Position numbers and translations under genes: made by a program. A model generated the notes under the pieces. It did not search any database, had not been told where the DNA came from, and saw only the letters and a program-made list of their open reading frames with translations. A stretch of DNA of 53,594 nucleotides from Flavobacteriaceae bacterium (GTDB lineage: Bacteria; Bacteroidota; Bacteroidia; Flavobacteriales; Flavobacteriaceae). The stretch is taken from contig PBYT01000019.1 of the NCBI GenBank assembly GCA_002729755.1, positions 51,849 to 105,442 on the forward strand, read 5' to 3'. Positions 1-11,204 of the stretch are shown one piece after another. Within the stretch, counting starts at the first letter, position 1. The number at the start of each line of letters is the position of its first letter.

Positions 1-725
1 CCACATAGACTGTATCGTTTAGAAGATGAATCAATTAGTATTGCATTATTATAGAACTTTTTTTCTTCAAGTATAGAAAAATGCTTATTATTTCCGTAAA
101 TGAATTCTCTGTATACTTCATCCACAACCATAAAAATATCATGCTTAATAGCTAAAGACCCTATTTCTAGAATTTCATCTTTACTATAGACATATCCTGT
201 TGGATTACAAGGATTACAAAGAAAGATTGCTTTTGTATTCTTATTTATTTTCTCTTCGAAAGAGCTAATACTCGGAAGTGAAAAGTTATCTTGAATTTTT
301 GAAGTTATAGGGATTACCTTAACGTTTGATGCCATTGCAAATCCATTATAATTGGCATAAAATGGTTCAGGTATAATAATTTCTTCACCTGGGTCGCAAA
401 TTGAACTAAATGTAAATGATAGAGCTTCACTAGCTCCTACTGTTACAATTATATCTTCAGGAGTTACATCTATATTATGTTTTGAATAATAATTAGATAG
501 TTTAGTTCTATACTCATATGAACCTTGTGAATACTCATATTTTAACAATTTTAAATCATTTTTCTTTATACCCTCAATAGATTCAATTGGTGATTCAATA
601 TCAGGTTGTCCAATATTTAAGTGAAGTACATCAATGCCTTTTTTCTTTGCTTGATCAGAATATGGTACAAGCTTTCTAATAGGAGACGATGGAATATTTC
701 TTCCTTTATTTGAAATTTTTGGCAT
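1..725 (-). CDS. PLP-dependent aminotransferase, class I/II (N-terminal ~241 aa only; C-terminus lies outside the window)
   Basis: Not in the ORF track because it is open at the window edge. My reverse-strand translation from ATG at 725-723 gives MPKISNKGRNIPSSPIRKLVPYSDQAKKKGIDVLHLNIGQPD... and later ...TKAIFLCNPCNPTGYVYSK. The N-P-x-N-P-T-G block is the aminotransferase class I signature. Confidence 0.8.
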   Translation of the reverse strand, partial: MPKISNKGRNIPSSPIRKLVPYSDQAKKKGIDVLHLNIGQPDIESPIESIEGIKKNDLKLLKYEYSQGSYEYRTKLSNYYSKHNIDVTPEDIIVTVGASEALSFTFSSICDPGEEIIIPEPFYANYNGFAMASNVKVIPITSKIQDNFSLPSISSFEEKINKNTKAIFLCNPCNPTGYVYSKDEILEIGSLAIKHDIFMVVDEVYREFIYGNNKHFSILEEKKFYNNAILIDSSSKRYSLC

Positions 726-798
726 TTATTTAACTTAATTTGTAAATATACTTCAAGGTATGTTATTTTTGTTTTACTTTATAAATATTTATTGATAG

Positions 799-3429
799 AT
801 GCAAATCTCATCGAAATTTGATCATACCAAAATTGAAAAGAAATGGTATTCTTTCTGGAATAAAAATAATTTTTTTAATTCAGAACCTGATGATAGAGAA
901 CCATTTACTATTGTAATTCCTCCACCTAATGTTACAGGTTTATTACATATGGGGCATATGCTTAATAATACTATTCAAGATATTTTAATTAGAAAAGCAA
1001 GGATGATGGGGAAAAATGCATGCTGGGTTCCTGGAACAGATCATGCTTCTATAGCAACTGAAGCTAAAGTGGTAGAAAATTTAAAATCACTTGGTTTAAA
1101 TAAATCAGAAATCTCAAGAGAAGAATTTGTAAAACATGCCTGGGAATGGACAGAAAAATATGGAGGAGGCATATTAGATCAGCTTAAAAGATTAGGTTGT
1201 TCATGTGATTGGAATAGAACTAAATTTACTTTAGATGATGATATGTATGAATCAGTTATACTTGCCTTTATAGATCTTCATCAAAAAGGTTATATCTACA
1301 GAGGATATAGAATGATAAACTGGGATCCTGAGGCTGAGACAACAGTATCTGATGAGGAGGTTAATTATGTTGAAGAAGAATCTAGTTTATACTATTTAAA
1401 TTATCCTATAGATGGTTCAAAAGAGAAACTAATTATTGCAACAACCAGACCTGAAACAATTTTTGGTGATACTGCAGTTTGTGTTAACCCAAAAGATAAA
1501 AGATATTCTAAGTTTGTAGGGAAAGAGGCAATAGTTCCTATATGTGATAGGAAGATTCCAATTATTTCAGATCCTTATGTAGATATAGAGTTTGGAACAG
1601 GATGCTTAAAAGTAACTCCTGCTCATGATTTGAACGACTATAATCTAAGAAATAAACATAAACTTGAGATAATAGATATTTTTGATTCAAAAGGAAGGTT
1701 TAATGAAAATGGTCTTCATTATAAAAATAAAGATAGGTTTGAAGTTAGAAAAGAAATAGTAAAAGAGCTTAAGGAAAAAAAGATTCTTAATAAGTCTGAA
1801 GTATATAAACATAATGTTGGCCGTTCAGATAGAACTAATGCTATCATTGAACCTAAGATTTCAAGACAATGGTTTTTAAAGATGGATCAAATTTCAAAAC
1901 CTGCGATAACAAATGTTTTGAAGAATGAGAATATAAAGTTTTTTCCCAAAAAATTCAAATCTACTTATAGGTATTGGCTAGAAAATATAAAAGATTGGAA
2001 TATATCTAGGCAACTATCTTGGGGTCATCAAATTCCAGCTTTTTATTACGGAGAAAATAAAGAGGAATATGTTGTAGCTCAAAATAAAAATGAAGCAAAA
2101 AAGATTATAGAGAAACAAAAAGGATTAAAGTTAAAAGATGATGAGTTAATTCAAGATGAGGATGTTCTTGATACTTGGTTTTCATCATGGCTTTGGCCAA
2201 TATCGGTTTTTGATGGCATAAGAAATCCCGAAAATCAAGAGATAAAATATTATTATCCTACTCAAGATTTAGTAACTGGTCCTGACATAATATTTTTCTG
2301 GGTAGCAAGAATGATTATTTCAGGTTATGAATTTAGAGATGAAAAACCGTTTTCAAATGTTTACTTTACTGGAATAGTTAGAGATAAACTGGGAAGAAAA
2401 ATGTCTAAGCAATTGGGAAATTCTCCAGATGCAATAGAGTTAATAGATAAATATGGTGCAGATTCAGTAAGAGTTGGTCTAATGTTAAGCTCAGCAGCAG
2501 GAAATGATCTACTTTTTGATGAATCTTTATGTCAACAAGGTAAAAACTTTACAAATAAATTGTGGAATGCACTAAGATTAGTTAATGGATGGGAAGTTGA
2601 TGATGGAAAAGAGATATCTGAAGTAAATAGTTTAGCTCTTGAATGGTATGAAAACAAGTTCAATCAAGTTTTAGATTTAATTAACAAAAATTATAAAAAT
2701 TATAGAATATCAGATGTTTTAATGAGTTCTTACAGACTTGTTTGGGATGATTACTGTTCTTGGTTATTAGAATCTGTAAAACCAGAATTTGGAGAAAAAA
2801 TTGATAATCAAACAAAATCAAAAATAAAATCTCTTTTTGAAGATAATCTGAAATTATTACATCCATTTATGCCTTTTTTAACTGAAGAGATTTGGTATCA
2901 GTTAGCTTCAAGAACTTCTTCAGAATCTATCACTATAAGTAAATGGCCAGATTCAAATAAATTCAAAAATGATATTATTATAAATTTTGAGATAGCGAAG
3001 GATATAATCTCTTATATTAGGAATTTTAGAAAAGAAAAAAATATACCATTTAAAAAAGAATTATCTCTCTATTTTGCTTCAAAAACATCTGATTTACATT
3101 ATATAAGTATAATAAAAAAATTAGTATTTCTTAATAAGATTGAATATTCAGAAAAAGACAAGTTTAAATCTGTAAATTCATTTATAATTGGATCTATTGA
3201 ATTTTTCATTCCATTAGAAGGTGATATTGATCTTAAATCAGAACTTGATAGGTTAAACAAGGAATTAGATTACAATTTAAAATTTCTTAAATCTGTTGAG
3301 AATAAATTAAAAAATAAGAGTTTTATTGATAATGCACCTAAGGATATAGTTGAAAAAGAAAAAAAGAAGGTAAGTGATGCTAAGAGCAAGATTGAGGTAA
3401 TAAAAAAAGCATTATCAGATTTAAGTTAA
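799..3429 (+). CDS. valS: valine--tRNA ligase
   Basis: 876-aa ORF with ATG start. Class I aaRS HIGH-type motif (PPPNVTGLLHMGH), KMSKS motif (KMSKQ), and ValRS-length protein with a C-terminal coiled-coil region. Confidence 0.97.
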   Translation: MQISSKFDHTKIEKKWYSFWNKNNFFNSEPDDREPFTIVIPPPNVTGLLHMGHMLNNTIQDILIRKARMMGKNACWVPGTDHASIATEAKVVENLKSLGLNKSEISREEFVKHAWEWTEKYGGGILDQLKRLGCSCDWNRTKFTLDDDMYESVILAFIDLHQKGYIYRGYRMINWDPEAETTVSDEEVNYVEEESSLYYLNYPIDGSKEKLIIATTRPETIFGDTAVCVNPKDKRYSKFVGKEAIVPICDRKIPIISDPYVDIEFGTGCLKVTPAHDLNDYNLRNKHKLEIIDIFDSKGRFNENGLHYKNKDRFEVRKEIVKELKEKKILNKSEVYKHNVGRSDRTNAIIEPKISRQWFLKMDQISKPAITNVLKNENIKFFPKKFKSTYRYWLENIKDWNISRQLSWGHQIPAFYYGENKEEYVVAQNKNEAKKIIEKQKGLKLKDDELIQDEDVLDTWFSSWLWPISVFDGIRNPENQEIKYYYPTQDLVTGPDIIFFWVARMIISGYEFRDEKPFSNVYFTGIVRDKLGRKMSKQLGNSPDAIELIDKYGADSVRVGLMLSSAAGNDLLFDESLCQQGKNFTNKLWNALRLVNGWEVDDGKEISEVNSLALEWYENKFNQVLDLINKNYKNYRISDVLMSSYRLVWDDYCSWLLESVKPEFGEKIDNQTKSKIKSLFEDNLKLLHPFMPFLTEEIWYQLASRTSSESITISKWPDSNKFKNDIIINFEIAKDIISYIRNFRKEKNIPFKKELSLYFASKTSDLHYISIIKKLVFLNKIEYSEKDKFKSVNSFIIGSIEFFIPLEGDIDLKSELDRLNKELDYNLKFLKSVENKLKNKSFIDNAPKDIVEKEKKKVSDAKSKIEVIKKALSDLS

Positions 3430-4079
3430 TGTTTACTTGATAAAACGGTAATCCCGCCAATAACTCTTTGACCTTTCTTTACATTTATATTAGAATTAAG
3501 AGGTAAAAATATATCTACTCTTGATCCAAATTTTATAAATCCCGAATCTTTTCCTTGTATTACTTTAAGATCAATTTGAGCATAATTAACTATTCTTCTA
3601 GCAACGGCACCTGCTATTTGTCTATATAGAATATCTCCAAAATAATTATTTCTTATAACTACTGAAGTTCTCTCATTTTTTTCTGAAGATTTAGGATGCC
3701 AAGCTAAAAGATATTTTCCAGGATTATATTTATTATATATAACTTTTCCACTTATTGGAAATCTTGTGACATGAACATTAGTAATTGATAAAAAAACAGA
3801 GATCTGGATTCTTTCATCCTTAAAAAATTCATTCTCTCTAACTTGCTTTACATTAACTATTTTCCCATCAGCAGGGCTAAGTATTAACTTATCATCAATT
3901 ATATTTTTCCTTTTAGGGTTTCTAAAAAACCAAAGAATAAGAGAATAAAAAATCAAAAAGATAGATTGCGAAATTAGTTTTAATGTTTCAGAATCAATTA
4001 ATATATCAGATGATATAATAACTGAAATAGTAAAGAAAAATGAAGAAATTATTATTCTATGACCTTCCTTGTGAAACAT
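3426..4079 (-). CDS. psd: phosphatidylserine decarboxylase proenzyme (short bacteroidetal type)
   Basis: 217 aa with N-terminal TM segments and a conserved C-terminal FGSRVD block containing the G-S self-processing site. It sits beside cdsA. Its stop shares a TTAA with the valS stop. Confidence 0.9.
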   Translation of the reverse strand: MFHKEGHRIIISSFFFTISVIISSDILIDSETLKLISQSIFLIFYSLILWFFRNPKRKNIIDDKLILSPADGKIVNVKQVRENEFFKDERIQISVFLSITNVHVTRFPISGKVIYNKYNPGKYLLAWHPKSSEKNERTSVVIRNNYFGDILYRQIAGAVARRIVNYAQIDLKVIQGKDSGFIKFGSRVDIFLPLNSNINVKKGQRVIGGITVLSSKH

Positions 4080-4081
4080 GC

Positions 4082-4741
4082 TTAGATTATTTGAATTAAC
4101 ATTGCAAAGGGTGCAACTCCAATTGTGCTATCCAATCTATCATATAATCCTCCATGACCTGGAATAAGAATACCACTATCTTTAGATCCTGCAGCTCTTT
4201 TAACTTTTGATTGAGCTAGATCTCCTATCAATCCGAATATAGGAATAAATACTCCTAATAAAACTGTTTTCCATAAAGGATAGATTTCATGAATATAATT
4301 AAATGAAAAAACACTAAAAATAATACAGCATAAAAACCCTCCTGCAAAACCTTCCCAGGTTTTGTTTGGAGAATATTTTTGATGAATTTTATTTTTTCCA
4401 CAATTAACTCCAAAGAGATAAGCCATGGTATCAGTAATCCATATTAATATAAATATTAAAAGGACTGAATATGGGTTATAAATTTCATCAAAACCTAATC
4501 CGCCAAATGGAACAGAAATTAAAAATATTAGAGAAAGAATAACTGATAATTGAGGAATAGGATATTGAAAATACCCTTCTTTTGGTTTGATTTTGACCCA
4601 TAATTGATGAGACTCATATGCTGCGATTGAAAAAAAAACAAGGCATATTAGTATAAATGTAATTTCACTATATAAAATAGACCCAGCTATTAATGAGATA
4701 TATGTTATTCCTGCAAATAATCTTGTAAAAAAATTATTCAT
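4082..4741 (-). CDS. cdsA: phosphatidate cytidylyltransferase
   Basis: Polytopic membrane protein carrying the CTP-transferase signature SKVKRAAGSKDSGILIPGHGGLYDRLDS. The first codon of the tracked ORF (4744) is GTG. I used the ATG one codon in (4741). Confidence 0.87.
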   Translation of the reverse strand: MNNFFTRLFAGITYISLIAGSILYSEITFILICLVFFSIAAYESHQLWVKIKPKEGYFQYPIPQLSVILSLIFLISVPFGGLGFDEIYNPYSVLLIFILIWITDTMAYLFGVNCGKNKIHQKYSPNKTWEGFAGGFLCCIIFSVFSFNYIHEIYPLWKTVLLGVFIPIFGLIGDLAQSKVKRAAGSKDSGILIPGHGGLYDRLDSTIGVAPFAMLIQII

Positions 4742-5315
4742 CACTTACTATTAGATAGATATCTTTAGCACTATTCCCATAGGATAAAAAATCATTTTCA
4801 ATAAATTTATTCCTAACATTTATAGTAGTAATATTTGTAGGAAAATTTATTGAATACTTTGATTTAAGTCTTGTCATCCCATCACTAACATCACCTACAA
4901 ATTGATTAGATCTAGCAATTACAATTAATGTATCAGGAAGTGATTCAGGTTTATTATTCTTTATCTGATTACTAGAAATTAACATTCTGCCAGAATTGGA
5001 TAAAAGGAATTCACATTCTATAACAAGAGCTTTTAATTTATCATCTTCAGTTATATCATTTGTTTTTTTAATACTAAGGTTGTTTGATAGGCTAGAACTA
5101 AAACACTTGACATTTTCTTTTTCCCAATTATTTTCTTCTGAAATTTTGTTAAATGTATTTATAACACTATCCCCATCATCAATATAAATAAATCTTCCTC
5201 CAGCAGCAGTAAATTTTTTTGCGAATGTTAATTCTTTAGATGTCTTATCATCAGTAAGATTTTCATCTTTGATGTTTTTAGCTTTTTTCTTTTGAAATAA
5301 ATCCCAAAACCCCAA
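4734..5315 (-). CDS. LUD/LutC-like (DUF162) domain protein, function unknown
   Basis: 193-aa ORF between ftsH and cdsA. The family assignment comes from recalled synteny and overall resemblance, not from a diagnostic motif. The only usable start is TTG at 5315-5313, because the first internal Met is more than 100 codons in. Confidence 0.5.
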   Translation of the reverse strand: MGFWDLFQKKKAKNIKDENLTDDKTSKELTFAKKFTAAGGRFIYIDDGDSVINTFNKISEENNWEKENVKCFSSSLSNNLSIKKTNDITEDDKLKALVIECEFLLSNSGRMLISSNQIKNNKPESLPDTLIVIARSNQFVGDVSDGMTRLKSKYSINFPTNITTINVRNKFIENDFLSYGNSAKDIYLIVSDE

Positions 5316-5317
5316 AA

Positions 5318-7267
5318 TTATTTTGATTTAGTTTTTTTTGTAGCACCAACTTGTTCCTTTTCTTTAAATGGCCTTTCTCCAAGTACCTTTATTAGATCTT
5401 CTTTAAATATAACCTCTTTATCAAGTAATCTTTTTGCCAATTCAATTAAATTCTTTTTGTTTTTTCTTAATATTTGACATGCCCTTTTATATTCTCTTTC
5501 GATAATATTAGATATCTGTTCATCAATTTTTTTTGCTGTCTCTTCAGAATACGGTTTTGTAAAATTATAGTCAGATTGACCGCTTGAATCATAGTAGGTA
5601 ATATTTCCTATTGTATCATTTAATCCATATACTGAAACTATAGCCCTAGCTTGTTTTGTAACCTTTTCAAGATCATTTAGGGCACCTGTAGAAATTTTAT
5701 TAAACATTATCTTTTCCGCAGCTCTACCACCAAGGCTAGCACACATTTCATCTAGCATTTGTTCTGTTCTAACTATAAGCCTTTCTTCAGGAAGATACCA
5801 TGCAGCACCTAATGATTGACCTCTAGGAACAATTGTAACTTTTACAAGTGGAGCAGCATGTTCAAGAAGCCAACTGACTATTGCATGACCTGATTCATGG
5901 AAAGCAATAGTCTTTTTCTCGTCTTTAGTTATTATTTTGTTTTTTTTCTCTAGTCCTCCAACAATTCTATCAACAGCATCAAGAAAATCTTGTTTACCAA
6001 CAGATTTTTTATTACTTCTAGCAGCAATTAAAGCAGATTCATTACAAACATTAGCAATATCAGCTCCTGAGAAACCTGGAGTTTGTCTTGAAAGAAATTC
6101 TATATCTAGAGTTTTGCTAACTTTCAAAGGCTTTAGATGAACTTCAAAAATCTCTTTTCTTTCATTTAAATCAGGAAGATCTACAAATATTTGTCTATCA
6201 AATCTACCTGCTCTCATGAGAGCTTTATCTAGAACATCAGCTCGATTTGTTGCAGCTATTACAATTACATTTGTATTTGTTCCAAACCCATCCATTTCAG
6301 TTAATAACTGATTTAATGTATTTTCTCTTTCATCATTAGAACCAGTAATATTATTCCTTCCTCTTGCCCTTCCAATTGCATCTATTTCATCAATAAAAAT
6401 TATTGCAGGAGATTTTTCTTTTGCCTGTTTAAATAAATCCCTAACTCTTGATGCACCAACTCCAACGAACATTTCTACAAAATCTGATCCAGAAAGTGAG
6501 AAAAATGGAACTTTTGCTTCCCCTGCAACTGCTTTAGCTAGAAGTGTCTTTCCAGTTCCAGGTGCTCCAATTAATAAAGCACCTTTAGGAATTTTACCAC
6601 CTAGAATAGTATATTTTTTTGGATTTTTAAGAAAATCAACTATCTCCTGGACTTCTTCTTTAGCTCCTTCAAGCCCAGCAACATCCTTAAATGTTACCTT
6701 AACGTCAGCTTTCTGATCAAAAAGTTTAGCTTTTGACTTACCAATATTAAAAATTTGTCCGCCACCACCAGCTCCACCTCCTGACATTCTCCTCATAAGG
6801 TATATCCAAATACCAATAATTATTATAATAGGAAGAAATCCAACTAATACATCCATCCATCTATTTTCTCGAGTTTGAAACTCATAACTAAATGATAAAT
6901 TTTCTTTAATTTTTATTTCATCTAGTTTCTTCTGAAATATTTCTGGAGGTCCAATTTCAAATTGGTAATGAGGACCTATTAAATTATCTTGACCTAAAAA
7001 ATTTTTTGTTTTAACCTTTCTATGGATTTCTTTACTAAGAGCATTTTCATTAATACTAACTAAGGCATAACGTTGATTAACTATAGTAATTTTGTTAACA
7101 TCACCATTAGATAAAAAGTCTTCAAAAGATGAAATATCAGATTGTTGAACATTCTGTAAACCTTTATCTCCTCCAACAAAGCTTAGGCTAATTATTAGAA
7201 ATATTATTGAAGCATAAATCCAATAAAAATTGTTTTTTGGTGTATTTGTTTTCTTTTTTCTAGCCAT
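5318..7267 (-). CDS. ftsH: ATP-dependent zinc metalloprotease FtsH
   Basis: 649 aa with an N-terminal TM pair, AAA+ Walker A GAPGTGKT, Walker B IIFIDEID, and the zinc site HESGHA. Confidence 0.97.
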   Translation of the reverse strand: MARKKKTNTPKNNFYWIYASIIFLIISLSFVGGDKGLQNVQQSDISSFEDFLSNGDVNKITIVNQRYALVSINENALSKEIHRKVKTKNFLGQDNLIGPHYQFEIGPPEIFQKKLDEIKIKENLSFSYEFQTRENRWMDVLVGFLPIIIIIGIWIYLMRRMSGGGAGGGGQIFNIGKSKAKLFDQKADVKVTFKDVAGLEGAKEEVQEIVDFLKNPKKYTILGGKIPKGALLIGAPGTGKTLLAKAVAGEAKVPFFSLSGSDFVEMFVGVGASRVRDLFKQAKEKSPAIIFIDEIDAIGRARGRNNITGSNDERENTLNQLLTEMDGFGTNTNVIVIAATNRADVLDKALMRAGRFDRQIFVDLPDLNERKEIFEVHLKPLKVSKTLDIEFLSRQTPGFSGADIANVCNESALIAARSNKKSVGKQDFLDAVDRIVGGLEKKNKIITKDEKKTIAFHESGHAIVSWLLEHAAPLVKVTIVPRGQSLGAAWYLPEERLIVRTEQMLDEMCASLGGRAAEKIMFNKISTGALNDLEKVTKQARAIVSVYGLNDTIGNITYYDSSGQSDYNFTKPYSEETAKKIDEQISNIIEREYKRACQILRKNKKNLIELAKRLLDKEVIFKEDLIKVLGERPFKEKEQVGATKKTKSK

Positions 7268-7270
7268 TAC

Positions 7271-7642
7271 CTATGCTTTAATTTTAATTTCTGAAATCTT
7301 TGCGTCTCCCCACAGGTTTTCAATATCGTAAAATTCTCTGACATTTTTCAGAAAAATGTGTACAACAACGTCAACATAATCCATTAATACCCATTCTTGA
7401 TTTTCTATACCTTCCATGCTATATGGTTTCTCTTTAAGTGTTTTACTAACATTCTTTTTTATAGAATTTGTTATAGCTGCTACATGTGTATTAGATGTTC
7501 CTGTACAAATAACAAAAAATCCACATACAGTATTATTAATTTTTCTTAGGTCAAGGAGGTTTACATCTATCCCTTTAACTTCATCAATACTAGAGACAAT
7601 TTTTTGTACTAGTTTTGTCTGTGGTAATTTAGTTTCAACCAT
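7271..7642 (-). CDS. rsfS: ribosome silencing factor RsfS (iojap family)
   Basis: 123 aa. Typical RsfS size and conserved core (FFVICTGTSNTHVAAI ... EWVLMDYVDVVVHIF). Confidence 0.9.
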   Translation of the reverse strand: MVETKLPQTKLVQKIVSSIDEVKGIDVNLLDLRKINNTVCGFFVICTGTSNTHVAAITNSIKKNVSKTLKEKPYSMEGIENQEWVLMDYVDVVVHIFLKNVREFYDIENLWGDAKISEIKIKA

Positions 7643-7681
7643 TTATCAAATTCTTTTATCAAATTTATTATTTTTAAAATT

Positions 7682-8416
7682 ATGAGACACTATAAACTTA
7701 TCAAACTTAATGCCACTAAGTCAACTAATGATAAAGTTAAAATGCTTATTAAATCAAAAAAAATAAGTCCTGGAGATATTGTTTGGGCTGATTATCAATA
7801 TAAAGGTAGAGGACAATATAAAAATACATGGAATTCAAGTAAAGGTAAAAACCTGTTAATTAGTGTATATAGGGAGTTTAAAGGATTAAGTTTTAAACAA
7901 AGAAACTATATTAATTTTGTTATTTCACTTTCAGTTATTAAGACAATAGAACAATATATTTCTAACGATAACTTTATTAAGTGGCCTAACGACATTTTGT
8001 CAGGACAAAAAAAGATATCTGGTATATTAATTGAGAATAATATTAAAGGGAAAGAATTAAGAAATAGTATTATAGGTATAGGTATTAATGTTAACCAAAC
8101 AAGGTTTAGAAATATTCCTAACGCAACATCAATAAAATTAATTTCAAATAATGAAATTGAAATAGAACAAGTACTTAAAAAATTAATAAAGAATATAGAT
8201 GAGCATATTAATATATTAATAGTTAAGGATTTTGATCAAATTATGAATCTCTATAATTCTAAATTATATGGAAGAGATTTTTGTAGATTTTTAATAAATA
8301 ATGAAATTTTTCAAGGTAAAGTAATAAATGTTAACCCTTCAGGTTCTATAATTGTTGAAATAAATGGTCGGGGAATAAAGGAATATGAGAGTAATAAAAT
8401 TAAAATATTATTATAA
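7682..8416 (+). CDS. birA: biotin--[acetyl-CoA-carboxylase] ligase (no N-terminal HTH)
   Basis: 244 aa with the GRGQ...W.S biotin-ligase motif (YKGRGQYKNTWNS) and WPNDIL...KISGILIE. The length indicates a class I enzyme without a repressor domain. Confidence 0.85.
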   Translation: MRHYKLIKLNATKSTNDKVKMLIKSKKISPGDIVWADYQYKGRGQYKNTWNSSKGKNLLISVYREFKGLSFKQRNYINFVISLSVIKTIEQYISNDNFIKWPNDILSGQKKISGILIENNIKGKELRNSIIGIGINVNQTRFRNIPNATSIKLISNNEIEIEQVLKKLIKNIDEHINILIVKDFDQIMNLYNSKLYGRDFCRFLINNEIFQGKVINVNPSGSIIVEINGRGIKEYESNKIKILL

Positions 8417-8417
8417 A

Positions 8418-9056
8418 TTACATCCAATTCTCAGGGTCTTCTCTCCATCTTTCTAATTTCTTTATCTCATCATCACTAATAATTTTTTCTTCTTTTACAA
8501 TTTCAATTAGAATATTATAATCTGCTAGAGAAATTAAATCAATTTTTTCAGATTCAAATCTGTTTATTGCAAAGTCAAAACTATAAGAAAAAATGGATAG
8601 CATTCCCCTTACATTAGAGTCAGCATTTTTTATTGCATTAACAGCATTAAGACTACTCATTCCAGTGCTTATCAAATCTTCAATTACAACAACATCAGAT
8701 CCAGAAGGAAGAGATCCTTCAATCTGATTTTTTAAACCATGACCTTTAGGATTAGGTCTTACATATATATAAGGTTTTTCTAATCTTTCAGCAATTAAAG
8801 CCCCAATTGCAATTGCACCTGTTGCAACTCCAGCTAATACATAACTATCTGAAAAAGATTTTGTAATTATAGTAGACATTTGATTGGCAATATAGCTTCT
8901 AACTTGAGTATTAGAAAGAATTAATCTATTGTCACAGTATATTGGAGATTTTATACCACTGGCCCATGTGAAGGGATTTTTTGTATTCAATTTTATTGCA
9001 TTAATTTGTAGAAGATAATTAATAGTTTTTTTTGCTATAATTTTGTCAAACACCAT
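8418..9056 (-). CDS. pyrE: orotate phosphoribosyltransferase
   Basis: PRPP-binding motif VVVIEDLISTGMS. The tracked ORF starts with TTG at 9089 and would overlap the divergent Nudix gene. ATG at 9056-9054 (MVFDKIIAKK...) removes that overlap and is preferred. Confidence 0.9.
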   Translation of the reverse strand: MVFDKIIAKKTINYLLQINAIKLNTKNPFTWASGIKSPIYCDNRLILSNTQVRSYIANQMSTIITKSFSDSYVLAGVATGAIAIGALIAERLEKPYIYVRPNPKGHGLKNQIEGSLPSGSDVVVIEDLISTGMSSLNAVNAIKNADSNVRGMLSIFSYSFDFAINRFESEKIDLISLADYNILIEIVKEEKIISDDEIKKLERWREDPENWM

Positions 9057-9065
9057 ACTCAACAA

Positions 9066-9662
9066 ATGTATAAAGTTTTTTTTAATCAAAAGCCATTAAT
9101 TCTTACTTCAAAAATCCTAAAGTCATCTGATTCTAATCCGTTTATACATATTAAATTTTCTAGTAAAAATCAGATTTTAAAAGCAGTTAAAGCTAAGAAA
9201 ACAGAATCTGTATATATATATCATAAGAATATTAAAAAACTTTGGGAAATTTTCACAAAAAAGTTTCCAATTATAGATGCTGCTGGAGGATTAGTTGAGA
9301 GAAGTGATGACAAATTTTTGTTTATATACAGAAATAATAAATGGGATCTTCCCAAAGGTGGTATTGAAAAAAAGGAACTTATTATTGAAGCTGCTCAAAG
9401 AGAAGTTAAGGAGGAAACTGGGTTAGCAGATTTAATTGTCATTAATAAGATTGGTGAAACATATCATATTTTTAAGAAGGGAAAGAATTTTAGATTAAAA
9501 AGAACTTACTGGTTTAAAATGAAATCAGATTATCAGGGAGAGTTATTTCCTCAAGAAGAAGAGGGTATAACATCTGTAGAATGGATCAACAAAAAAAGAA
9601 TTCCAGAAATCTTTAAAAATTCATATGAGAATATTAAAGAAATAGTTAATGAAGTTATTTAA
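9066..9662 (+). CDS. NUDIX hydrolase
   Basis: Nudix box GGIEKKELIIEAAQREVKEETGL (G-x5-E-x7-REUxEExGU). Confidence 0.8.
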   Translation: MYKVFFNQKPLILTSKILKSSDSNPFIHIKFSSKNQILKAVKAKKTESVYIYHKNIKKLWEIFTKKFPIIDAAGGLVERSDDKFLFIYRNNKWDLPKGGIEKKELIIEAAQREVKEETGLADLIVINKIGETYHIFKKGKNFRLKRTYWFKMKSDYQGELFPQEEEGITSVEWINKKRIPEIFKNSYENIKEIVNEVI

Positions 9663-10110
9663 GATTTATTCCTTTAGGGATTAATAATCTATAATCTCCA
9701 TTATTATTAATTAGTTCCCTTACAATACCACTGCTTATAAAAGAATTCTCAATTGAAGTTAAAAAAAATACAGTTTCAATACCATTTAACTTTCTATTTG
9801 TAAGAGCTATATTTTTTTCAAACTCGAAGTCTGAAACATTCCGTAATCCTCTAATAATATAATCAGCATTATTTTTTCTACAAAAATCAATTGTCAACCC
9901 TTCATATATCTTTACCTCAATATTGTCTATAGAATTAAAAGTTTGTTCAACAAATTGTTTTCTTTTTTTAGCGGAAAACATATATTTTTTTTCACTGTTT
10001 TGACCAATGCCAATTATTACAACATCAAAAAGATTTAAGCTTTTTTCAATTATATCTTGATGTCCTAGGGTAATTGGATCAAATGAACCAGGAAAAATTG
10101 CTGTTTTCAT
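9655..10110 (-). CDS. coaD: pantetheine-phosphate adenylyltransferase
   Basis: 151 aa with N-terminal AIFPGSFDPITLGHQDII (nucleotidyltransferase T/HxGH motif), typical CoaD. Confidence 0.93.
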   Translation of the reverse strand: MKTAIFPGSFDPITLGHQDIIEKSLNLFDVVIIGIGQNSEKKYMFSAKKRKQFVEQTFNSIDNIEVKIYEGLTIDFCRKNNADYIIRGLRNVSDFEFEKNIALTNRKLNGIETVFFLTSIENSFISSGIVRELINNNGDYRLLIPKGINLK

Positions 10111-10131
10111 GTTTAAATTTAATTATAATTT

Positions 10132-11106
10132 TTAAAGTAGAGATTTAATTTGATTTTCAATGATTTCTTTAATTGAAAACCCAGCAGCTTTAATTTGTTG
10201 AGGTACTATACTTTGTTTTGTGAAACCTGGAATTGTATTTGTCTCTATAATGTGTGGAATTCCATCAACCAAAATTATCTCAGATCTAGTAATTCCAGAG
10301 AGATTAATGTTATCGTAAATAGTATTAATCATTTTGTGAATATCAGTTACCTCATTAGTTGATAGCTCCCCTGGAGTTATTTCATCAGATTCACCATTAT
10401 ATTTAGCATTGAAATCAAAGAATTCATTATTACTTCTTATTTCAGTAATAGGTAAAATAGTTCTCTCTCCATCTATATTTATTACTCCAACAGATACTTC
10501 CTTTCCTTCTAAAAATGATTCTACTAGAACTTCATCGCCCTCTCGAAATGCATAATCTATCTTTTCATTTAGCAAAGCTTTATCTGAAACCTTAGATATA
10601 CCAAAACTACTTCCCGATTTATTAGGTTTAACAAAGCATGGAATACCAGTCTTTTTTATTATATCATCAACATTGTATTCTTTCCCCTTTTTGATAAAGA
10701 ATTGTTTTGCAGTTTTTAAATTAAGTGAATTAATGAATTTAATATATTCATGCTTGTCAAAAGTAAGGTTACATATTTTAGAACTACATGAAGTTTGAGG
10801 AATACCAATTTTTTCTAATAATAAGGAAAACTCTCCAGTTTCTCCTGGCGAGCCATGAATTATATTGTATATCGCATCAAATTTTACCTTATTATTATGA
10901 TAATTAAAACTAAAGTCTTTTATATTAATTTCTTCAATTTTATCATCTAATAATAGAACTGATGCCTTTTCTTTTGTTATTAGAACCTTGTATACATTCC
11001 AATCTGGATTTTTGTCTAATATCTCAAAAATAAATTCACCACTTTTTATAGAAATTTCGTATTCTGATGAATATCCACCGTATGCTATTCCAATATTCTT
11101 CTTCAT
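10132..11106 (-). CDS. ddl: D-alanine--D-alanine ligase
   Basis: ATP-grasp protein with the Ddl N-terminus (IGIAYGGYSSEYEISIKSG) and C-terminal EINTIPGFT block. The tracked start at 11115 is TTG. I used ATG at 11106 (MKKNIGI...). Confidence 0.93.
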   Translation of the reverse strand: MKKNIGIAYGGYSSEYEISIKSGEFIFEILDKNPDWNVYKVLITKEKASVLLLDDKIEEINIKDFSFNYHNNKVKFDAIYNIIHGSPGETGEFSLLLEKIGIPQTSCSSKICNLTFDKHEYIKFINSLNLKTAKQFFIKKGKEYNVDDIIKKTGIPCFVKPNKSGSSFGISKVSDKALLNEKIDYAFREGDEVLVESFLEGKEVSVGVINIDGERTILPITEIRSNNEFFDFNAKYNGESDEITPGELSTNEVTDIHKMINTIYDNINLSGITRSEIILVDGIPHIIETNTIPGFTKQSIVPQQIKAAGFSIKEIIENQIKSLL

Positions 11107-11204
11107 ATTTCGCAAATGTAATTCATTATAGTAAAAGAAAATTAATGTGTTTAGTATATTTACTCTAATATATTGAATTAGTTATCTTAAAAACAGCTAT
11201 TTAA

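Noticed and set aside
764-771. TAnnTTTG-type -7 boxes near several starts, for example TATTTTTG at 764-771 upstream of valS and TATCTTTG at 40454-40461 upstream of adk.
   Set aside because: Such octamers arise frequently by chance at this base composition. The adk example sits only 5 nt from the ATG. Without TSS data I list only the two best-contextualised cases (queA and mraZ) as low-confidence features.
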